Of a stretch of DNA of 64,000 bases, positions 49,473-58,846 are shown one piece after another. Source of the DNA: Dimorphilus gyrociliatus (Eukaryota > Animalia > Annelida). Position 1 is the stretch's first letter. Every line of letters begins with the position of its first letter. The notes beneath the pieces were generated by a model. The model was not told the DNA's origin. It searched no databases and saw only the letters and a list, made by a program, of their open reading frames with translations. The DNA lies in the NCBI GenBank assembly GCA_904063045.1, contig CAJFCJ010000070.1, positions 208,791-272,790 of the forward strand, in the 5' to 3' direction. The translations under genes were made by a program, and so were the position numbers.

Positions 49473-49603
49473 AGGGTTAGGGTTAGGGTTAGGGTTAGGG
49501 TTAGGTTAGGGTTAGGTTAGGGTTAGGGTTAGGTTAGGGTTAGGGTTAGGTTAGGGTTAGGTTAGGGTTAGGGTTAGGGTTTAGGGTTAGGTTAGGGTTA
49601 GGG
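49473..49603 (+). repeat. Telomeric array 2 (15 TTAGGG, 6 TTAGG and 1 TTTAGGG unit by manual count)
   Basis: Direct reading of the sequence. Confidence 0.98.
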
Positions 49604-49850
49604 TTTTATATAGGTTTGAACTAGACACTAAGGTCTCAGTTCTGATGAAAGTCAAATAACTTCCACCAAACTTTCAGAAGATCCCATAATGAAATGGAAT
49701 GCAAGAGTAAGAACTTATTGTACATTTTAAAACAAGTACTCTTCCCATCACTAATCAATTTATGTCTGTTTGTTTGTTTTTGATTTGGTTTTAAATTGCA
49801 ATAGTATGTTTAACCTAGGATATATTAATCTAGATGGTTGCCAAGTATGG

Positions 49851-49905
49851 TTGACCTACCATGGTTTCGTCTTCCCCTTTTAATGCAAAGACTCATCAGG
49901 GTCAA
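49851..49905 (-). ncRNA. Minimal type I hammerhead ribozyme, copy 1
   Basis: Minus strand reads TTGACC-CTGATGA-GTCTT...AAGAC-GAAA-C-CATG-GTA-GGTCAA: 6-bp stem I, 5-bp stem II, palindromic ACCAUGGU stem III, GUA cleavage triplet. Confidence 0.92.
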
Positions 49906-50700
49906 TTCAGAGGATAGTATAACCTAAGAACTATCTTGAAGGGGGGGAGAGGATCAATTCTACAATTGAATCCTTCCCTGCAGTAAGTTTTTGGTTATAA
50001 GCCTAATCATAAATTGTTATATGTATGTATATGTATCATTATGTGTAGGTGTATGTGTGATTGTGTATGTATATATCAACCATTGAAGTTGATTTTTGTA
50101 ATAGTTGTCAACAAGTTGAGATTTGTTTTTTGTAATTTTTTTGTAATTTTTTTAGTTTGTTTCCTATTAGGATTATGAAGATGATTTTGGTCATATAGAT
50201 AGTTGTATTTTGATGCCTAATTTTTTATAATTTGTGAGGTTATATATGGTATTCATAAGAACTTTTGTTTTTAACAATGAATGCATGTGTGTATGTTTGT
50301 GTGTAAATATGTTTTTTATTTGTTTTGAATGGATAAAAGTTGATGTTTTTTAATTTTTGATTGAATTTGTGATGATCAGATGTTAAGTTCAACTTGTACT
50401 GTTCCTCAAAACCCCTTGACTCTTCTTACTTGTGATTAGGTTTTATATAGGTTTGAACTAGACACTAAGGTCTCAGTTCTGATGAAAGTCAAATAACTTC
50501 CACCAAACTTTCAGAAGATCCCATAATGAAATGGAATGCAAGAGTAAGAACTTATTGTACATTTTAAAACAAGTACTCTTCCCATCACTAATCAATTTAT
50601 GTCTGTTTGTTTTTTTTGATTTGGTTTTTTTGATTTGGTTTTAAATTGCAATAGTATGTTTAACCTAGGATATATTAATCTAGATGGTTGCCAAGTATGG

Positions 50701-50755
50701 TTGACCTACCATGGTTTCGTCTTCCCCTTTTAATGCAAAGACTCATCAGGGTCAA
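50701..50755 (-). ncRNA. Minimal type I hammerhead ribozyme, copy 2
   Basis: Identical to 49851-49905. Confidence 0.92.
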
Positions 50756-51789
50756 TTCAGAGGATAGTATAACCTAAGAACTATCCTGAAGGGGAGGAGA
50801 GGACCAATTTTATAATTGAATCCTTCCTTGCAAGAATGTTCTTGTTGTATGGATGTTGAAATTGTATGTGTATTTGTATGTTTATATATGTATGGATGAA
50901 TATCAACCATAGAAGTTGATTCTTTATAATACTTGTCAATAAGATGACTTTTGTTTTGTAATATCTAGTTGCTTACTTTTCAGTTATTGAAATTTTCTTT
51001 GGTCTGATATATAGTTATTTGCCTAATGGTTTTTTTTGTTGTCCTATTGGTATGTTTAGGTATAATGTAGGTACAATGTGTATATAATGTTTACAAAAGA
51101 TGCCAGAGTTTATAATTTTCATTTGTTCCTGTTCCTCATTGAACAATTTTTGAACTGTTAAACAGCAAGATATATAATCCAAGTTGTCTGACAGGTCTTA
51201 TAGTGTTAATGAAAGAAATGAAATTGATGAAAATCAACTATAACATCTTAAAGTCACCTGGACATATATAAACAAATAGATGCATAAATGTAAAACATTA
51301 TAGTATCTTTAATTTCACAAATGAACAAACAAACATATAGCTTACTTTGTTTTTTCTTTCAGAGTTGTTTGATGTAGAAAAATGATCTTTTGTTGTATGT
51401 AGATGTTGAATCACTAAACAGAGTTTTTGTAGAGAGCAGTCCTTCTTGTTCTGAGAATTTTCTTGAAGTGATGATGTTTGATAGACCTTGTAGCTTATAT
51501 AGAGGAGTGTTATGTAATTGACATATCCTAAGATATGTCAGTTTATCTTGACAAGTATCTGGTATTACATAAAAGTTTTAGTATCCCAAGCCTAGACACA
51601 TTTGGTATTATATAAGAAGTGATATGTCAGCCTCTGGCATTCCAGTGTGTCACACACCTAATCAATTTTGCATTGATATAAATACATAGTTATATTATGC
51701 TAATATTACTATTTTAAACTAGAGAAATATCAAAGTGTTTATATAAAATATACAGAGATTGAAATTTAGTTTTGATAGGTCTGTTAATT

Positions 51790-52853
51790 TCACTCATTGT
51801 GTTGTTCCTCTATAGCCTGAATATCTTGTCTGTTTAATCTTCTTCTTCCAGTTCTTCTTTGTTGTTGTTCTATCACATCTTTAGTGTTTACTAATATCTC
51901 ATTAAAAATTAAATGTTGAACAATATTTCTTAAAGGAGATATCTTGTCCTGTTGGAGTCTTCTATGAAAAGGATCTCCTCTTATAATGCCATTGATATAA
52001 ACAATATTTGTAAACATTTTTTTTAACCTTTCTGGTAGAAATTTTGATTATTAAAATTATCCTGAACTTTGTATGATATAAACAGCATACATTCCTTAAT
52101 ATTTCCATTACTTTGATAAATAGCTGGAAAATTATCATCAATATCATTAATGGTGTCAAAAGGAATATGTAGAGCTACAATGTTAGTTTTTATCTTCCAT
52201 TTTGATAAGATTTCTTTGCAATTTTCAAATGTTAATCCACAAATATTTACAATCAAAATATTTCCATGAAAATTGATATTCCTCTTAACATCTTCTATTT
52301 GAAACAAATCCAAATCACTCAAACTAGCATCTGTTAAGAGAAGCAAATTACAGTTGGTAGTAAATTTCACTGCTGGTTGTTGAATTTTCATAAGATTTTC
52401 CATTTCCCCTTCTGTTAAATTCACTCCAATATCTGCAAAAGATGCTAGTAGTTCACCAACATTGAAATGTTTTCTTCTATTAACTTTGATTGTATTATTA
52501 AATCTTACAAGCTGGTCAGTACCATTCAAATATCTTAATATCACTTCTCCAAGTTGTTGTTTATTTATATTATTTACTTGGTGTTGTTCAACAAGCCACA
52601 TTTTTTCATCACAAAATTGTTTAAATTTCATCAGTTTGTCTACAGTATCTTTTTCAAATTTACTTGCATCAAAAATTGGAGGATGATTTCTGTCATCTCT
52701 TCTAAATCTTTGAAGATGATTATAAAATGTTCCAAAGTTAAAAAATTGTTGAAAAGATGGTGGTAAAAAATGTTCAATATCAATTATTTGATTGATAAGA
52801 ATTGCATCATTTTCTATTCTTTCAATTTGATTTTGTGGAGTATTATTTGCCAT
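51790..52853 (-). CDS. Accessory ORF pair (52023..52853 and 51790..52017) forming a probable SGNH/GDSL-like protein across a -1 frameshift
   Basis: LLLLTDASLSD, NICGLTF, LHIPFDTIND, then GDPFH (DxxH) in the -1 frame; aligns by eye with the SDSS...NISQL...HTNLN segment of the giant ORF. Confidence 0.55.
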
Positions 52854-52959
52854 TATAGAAAATCTATAAAAACAAAATAATTTAGTAAAATTTAGTATAT
52901 TCTACACAAAAAGAATATTATAGATATGAACTGAACAAATCTAAGAATACATAGAATAT

Positions 52960-52960
52960 C

Positions 52961-52998
<38 letters not shown>
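52960..52998. repeat. (TA)n microsatellite between the two PLE 2 ORFs
   Basis: Direct reading. Confidence 0.9.
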
Positions 52999-53091
52999 GT
53001 TGTACAGATATATGCAGTGAAAAGCAAATTATTATGAAGCAAACAAAACAAATATTCAAAGGAAAACAACTAATTAAAAAATATTGAAAGT

Positions 53092-56000
53092 TTAAAGTTT
53101 CTTCTTAATTCTTCTTCCAGTTCTAACCATCTTCTCTGCAACTACTGGTTTATGTTCGTCTGTTTCCTTCTCCATCTTCCTCTTCATAGTGAATTTTCTT
53201 GTAATTGTATCAAACTTTGGTTTTTTTCCTGGTTGAGGTGGTGCACTAAGTGAAGATGTTTCTTCTGCATTCTTCTTTTTATAAAAATGTTTAATTGTTG
53301 ATGTTCCTGTTTTATTTAGTGAAAAATGACATTTTTCTGATGAATCTGTACTAGTTGTATTTCTTTTATGAAATAAGGAAGTAGACATATTTTGTTCCTG
53401 TTTAAAATAAATGTTTTTATGAATTAATTGAAAATAACTATTTATGTTGTTTGTAAAAGCAAATATCAGAGGAATGTTTTTAAATATGGAATTCTTATCA
53501 CTTAATAATTTATAGGTTTTTGTTAATTTTTTTAACACTGGTCCATGATCATTTCTATAAGGCATAATTAATGGTAGCTTTGAATATACTGGACAACTGG
53601 TATATCTGGCTAAGCCAAAGGGATAATACATGACATTTTTCATATTCAAGTGATAAATATATCTGTTCATTTCAATTGTTGATTTATCTCTTTGCAATTG
53701 TTCATAAGGAAATATTGTTATATTAAATTGATTTTCTGCAAAATGTTGATGCTGGATATAGTTTTCTACTAGGTCAATATTATTCAATTCCAAATATTTT
53801 CTTGATAGAAGGTATTTAAGTGTTTGTAAGATGTTGATTTTTTTATGTTGCTGTATAGAAAAGTACATCATTTGTCCACATTCTTTACATTGTAATAGAA
53901 ATACTTTTGAGTTATCTGTAATTAAATCTACACAGTTTTTCCTATAAATGAAATTCATGTTTAGAGGGCAGAATATCTTTTTTCTTATGTTAAAATATAT
54001 TCTTAATTCCTTTGGAATATTCCACTGTTTCTTTCTATTTTCTTCCAACACTCTTTCATAGTTTTCTTTCTTCATTTGGTCTTTAATTACAGACTGTATT
54101 GCTTTTTTTATTTCTTTAGCACTGTAGCCTTGACTGGAAAGTGGTTTCATCACAGTTTGACAAGTTTGAAAGAATAGAAATGGAGAGGAGCTGTTATTAA
54201 GAAATCTTTTGAATTGAGATTTTAAAAGTCCTTTAAAGATATGTTTAGGATGAAAAGAAGTTCTATGAAGTTGATGAAATGTTTCACAATTTTTGAAGAA
54301 AGTTAGATGATCCAATTGATTTGTTGAGAGAAATCTTGTTCCTTTAAATAGAATTAAATCTAAAAAGTTGATTGATTGAAAACTAGTTGTTCCCTCAAAC
54401 TTTAAATTTTTTAATATATTATTGACTTTTTGAAGATAGCTATGAAATGTATCAATGCTACCTGTCCAAATTAGGAAAATATCATCCAAATATCTTTTAT
54501 AAAATAGAGGTTTAGGTCTAATGTTGAAGAGGTAGACTTCTTCCACCCAAGCCATCCATAAGTTTGCATAAGCAGGAGCATAACTTTGACCCATAGCACA
54601 ACCACTCTTTTGTAAGTATATTGTATCTAAAAATTTAAAATGATTCTTATGCAAGTTGAATTTGAGAAGTTGAATAAGAAAATCATCAGGTCTGTGCTTG
54701 TAGGAATACTTTTCAAAAAAATATTTTACAGCTTTCAATCCAGTGTAAGTATCAATGTTTGTATACATACTTTTTATGTCCAGAGTCACCAAAAGAGCAT
54801 CATCTGGAATTGTTATTCTATTAAGTTCATCCAACAGTTGTTTAGAATTACCAATATATGAAGAATGTAGCATACTAATTGGTTTGAGGTGATGTGAGAT
54901 ATATCTTGATATTTCATAAGATTCTGTCCTTAAATTGCTAACAACAGGCCTTCCTTTAGGAATTTTACCATCAACCAACCATTGTTCTGGTTCCTTATGT
55001 ATTTTAGGTAAGCCATAAAATATTCTATTCTCAAAAGAATGCTTCTTTGTACACAGAGAATCCAACAAATGTTTATATTCTTTTTCATCCAAGGTAACTT
55101 TAAATGTTTTAATTAGGTCTTTATAATAGAAAATTGAGTTTTCTAAAAATTTATTACCAGAAATATTTATATTAGAAGTTGTTGATAGTTTACAATATTG
55201 TTTATTATCAGAAAGTAATTGATTGCACATGTAGATATAATCTTCAGTATTTTGTATCACAACACAAGATCCCTTGTCAGCTGGCTTAATCACAATGTCT
55301 AATGATAAAAACTTTCTCAGAGATTTAAAGAAATCTTTGTCAAATTTTCCAAGTTTTTGATTAGAATTCTCTTTAAAAATATTACTTTGAATTGCCTTTC
55401 TGCATCCTTTGAAAAATTGTAACATTTCATCACTGTCACCATCACCACCATCATCATCATCAGTATCATCTAGTTCTTCAACAGATGTTATATTTCTTTC
55501 AAATCCTTCTTTTGGTATCCATTGATAGTTAATACATGTAAGATTTTCCAGATTTGTTGATTTATTTTGTTTTTTAATGATTGATACTTTTTTAAAGAAT
55601 CTCTCTAAATTGAACAATGTGTATTGCTTCCATTTGTCTGGTTTTATACTTTCATGTACAAACTTTAAACCAAGATTAAAAAAACTATTGACATCATTTG
55701 GAATCTGATATTTGCTCAAATTAACAACATATTGAGTATTTAATTGTTTATAGAAATTAAATCCAGACATTAATATTACCTTGTTAGTTGATGTATCTAT
55801 GTCCATTGTTTCCTCTTTCTGATCTTTGATAATTCTCTGCAAAGTTTTCATTACTAAATCAATTGAAAATTCTTGTGCCTTCTTTGTCAGGTGTTTACAT
55901 TTCGAATTTCCAGTTGGATTATCTGTAAATCCCAATTTTCTCATATCAGTCATATCAAGAACAGTGGCTTGGTTCTTAGTTGCCATTTGAATATCTTTGT

Positions 56001-56116
56001 ATGCAGAAAATAGTTTTGTGCCAAATGGAATGGCTATGATCACATTCTTGCAAGTTCCATACTTGTTCTTTAGAAATTTTGCTAATCCATATGTTTCTTT
56101 AGGAGAATTTAAATTT
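53092..56116 (-). CDS. PLE 2 giant ORF, 3' part: end of SGNH-like domain, RT, degenerate GIY-YIG, basic tail
   Basis: FNLGLKFV, IKPADKG, FYGLPKIHK, GRPVVS, LDIKSMYTNI, GCAMGQSYAP, RYLDD; VFLLQCKEC remnant of the endonuclease. Confidence 0.93.
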
Positions 56117-58846
56117 GAGTTGGGGTGCGAACGTACCTGGGTGTGAACGTACCCGGGTGCGAACGTACCCTGGGCGGGTGCGAACGTACCCAGGTACGTT
56201 CGCACCCTATTTTTATATTTATTTTATTTTTGAATTTTTGAATAAAAGATTTAGCTATAAATCTAAAAGTATGTATTTAAAAGACTAAATATTATACTAA
56301 AAAACAATAAAGCTTGACAAATGATATTTATGCTGGAGAGTAGATATGGGATGTCTGCATTAATAGATCAATTGATGTCAATTTGTTCAACTTGAAATCA
56401 TCCCATAAATCAAAAATTTTCTTTTGGATGTCAATATACTTTTTCTTTTGATGTTTGTAAATCCTTTTTTCTGACAGTAATTTCTCATAAACTGCAATCA
56501 ACTCAGACTCTTTTTTTAGCTCATCAACCAGCATGTAAAAAGAACCTTTAGCAGGCAGCTTACTATTCATTCTTTGATGCCATCCTTCACAATCATTATT
56601 GGTCCTAATAGACAAACCAAAAACTGACCAGTTATTTGGTTTCCATAATTTATTTTTGATCCAGTTTGTTTGGAAGTATTGCAGCAGGTCCAAAAATCTA
56701 TTTTTTTCACAAAGTTCTGCATTTATGCTGTCAAATGTTGGTTGAATAATATGTGCTGGCAAGAATGGCAGAGCCATCAATTTTCTGAAATCTTTCCAAT
56801 CATTTCCTTTTTCTTTGTATTTCTTTACATAGCCAAGAGCCTATTCAATAATATAAGTTATTTAATAGATAATGTTATATATATTTGAATGTAACTGACT
56901 TGTATTTTCCTGTATACTGCTTGTGTGAAATGAAATACACAACCTTGAAATTCAGTGAGGGGATATACTTTTGATAATGCTTTCCATAGTCCTTTTTCAA
57001 AATCCATTGTAATTCTTTTTGGATGAAAATCATTGATAAGATTGTTGATATGCTACAAAAAAGCAACTTTATTTATCATCACTTTTGAAGAGATAATATG
57101 AAATATTTACTTGAAATGCTTGTAAGTATGCTTTGGTATGCTTTGAAGTCAGAAAAATAAAAACAAGAGGAACTTGCTTCATATCACCACTCTTCTTAAC
57201 AAATGAGTGAATAGTGACAAGTTGATAAAATGGTTCTTTTACAATCTTGAAAGTACCATCAATGTACCAACAGTTGGATTTTGATAATAAATTCAGCTGA
57301 TGGTTTGTTGCAAAGATTAAAATTCTTTCTCCATTTTCACAAATATCTTTCTGCAAAAATTCATCAGGCAAAAATGTTTCATCTAAATTAAAGTTGTACA
57401 CTTTAGGTTCCACTGGCCTAAACTTTTGTCTATTTGAGTTTGCCATTCTCTTCAAATAGTTGATATCAGGAAGACAAGTTGCATTGGGTTCATAGGATAG
57501 AAGAACTTTTTCAGCAATGCTTCTTCCAGATGTTTGATTATCACTTCTGCAAACAATTTTCAAATCTGTTTTCACTTTAATATCCACTTCTAAATTCTTT
57601 TTTCTGTTGTGATTATGTTCCAAATTGCCTTTGAGAAATAAATTTCCATTTTGTCTTATTCTGGCCACACATCTTTTCTTCTTACTTCTCACACTGCACA
57701 CCCAAATAGTACTTGATGGTGTTTTATGTTTAACAACAAAAGAATATCCATCATTCAGTAAAATGTCATGTCCCTTTCTACTTCCTCCTTTTACAATCTC
57801 AAAATCACTTTTTGTGGATGATTCACAATATTCTTCAGCATTCTCTTCAACTTCCTCCAAAGAGTCTAGGTCCATTGATTGGCATTCTGAAAGAACATGA
57901 TTTTCATCCTCCAATATTGATTCCTCAACTGCAGCAATCTTATTTCTTTCATCAATAAAGCTTTCTTCAGAATTTACTTTGAATTGATGAATTTCCAGAT
58001 TAGTTAACTTCTTGAGCATGACAGTACATTTTCTTTTGTTACAAGGTTTGCAAATTGGTATGTTATGTGTTTCTATAAGAATATGTTAAAAAATATAATT
58101 ACATGAAAGCTGATTAAAGAGTTACATACCTGTGCATTTCCTATGAATAAGATTCTTACAAAGGCTGCATTTCAAATATTTTTGCCTTCCATAAATTGTT
58201 GAATGACAATTGTGACATTTGAAAGCCATTTTTTAATCTTCAATCAAATGTAGATGGTTATCTAAAAATATTTCCAGTTATCAATAAATTTCCTTTCCAA
58301 ATATTCAAAATGGCTGAAATTTTATTTATGAAAAATATTCAGCTTTTTCACAATTGAAGATAGTATATTACATCAAAATATCATGAATCAACAATCTCAA
58401 TGATTAGATATAAATACTCACTTCTGTTGAAGCTTCCAAGAAGAACTTTGTCCAAATTTATTCAGTAAATATAGCTTTACTTTTGCAAGGATAAATATTC
58501 CAAGTGAAAGTTTATTTAATAAAACTATCACTATTAAAATGGCTGCTATTTCACTTTCAACAACATTTTCTTTTAAAGTAGTAATTTAATATTGATGGGA
58601 TATGTATTCTATTTAATATCTGCATTCTATCAAATCAATATATTAACAAATATATAATGAAGGAACAGAAGGAAAAAAGGGTGTCAATGTACATGTTTAT
58701 TCAAAAATTCAAAAATAAAATAAATATAAAAATAGGGTGCGAACGTACCCAGGTACGTTCGCACCCGCCCAGGGTACGTTCGCACCCGCCCAGGGTACGT
58801 TCGCACCCGGGTACGTTCGCACCCAGGTACGTTCACACCCGACCCC
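56117..58846 (-). mobile_element. Complete MULE (family 3, 2730 bp) with 9-bp TSD TTTAAATTT (56108-56116 and 58847-58855)
   Basis: Long inverted termini built of GGGTGCGAACGTACC repeats plus an AT-rich inverted segment; internal transposase. Confidence 0.95.
56328..58229 (-). CDS. MULE transposase, 4 exons: N-terminal PHD-like finger, FLYWCH and DDE domain
   Basis: MAFKCHNC...CSLC...HRKCT spliced (intron 58073-58129) to ETHNIPICKPC; IWVCSVRSKKKRC...HNH; WYIDGTFK, TMDFE, GCVFHF, RTNNDCEGWH. Confidence 0.9.

Larger units (their letters stand above)
49598..51140 (-). repeat. Tandem pseudo-LTR duplication, period about 840-850 bp (units start at about 49598 and 50436); first 380 bp near-identical, remainder diverged
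   Basis: Lines 49601-49980 recur at 50441-50830. Confidence 0.92.

Noticed and set aside
49642-49720. Plus-strand CTGATGA as another hammerhead (duplicated near 50479)
   Set aside because: No GAAA directly after a stem II and no correctly registered NUH plus stem I; it is antisense to the element.
56117-56205. Repetitive N-terminus of ORF 53092..56205 (GTFAP repeats) and C-terminus of ORF 58684..60834
   Set aside because: These are translations of MULE terminal repeats, not part of the native PLE protein.
56117-56210. Short GC-rich palindromic repeats (GGGTGCGAACGTACC) resembling a CRISPR array; also 58735-58846, 22570-22708 and 14090-14141
   Set aside because: No unique spacers and no cas genes. 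They sit at MULE termini, in inverted pairs with 9-bp TSDs where both ends are present, in a eukaryotic context.
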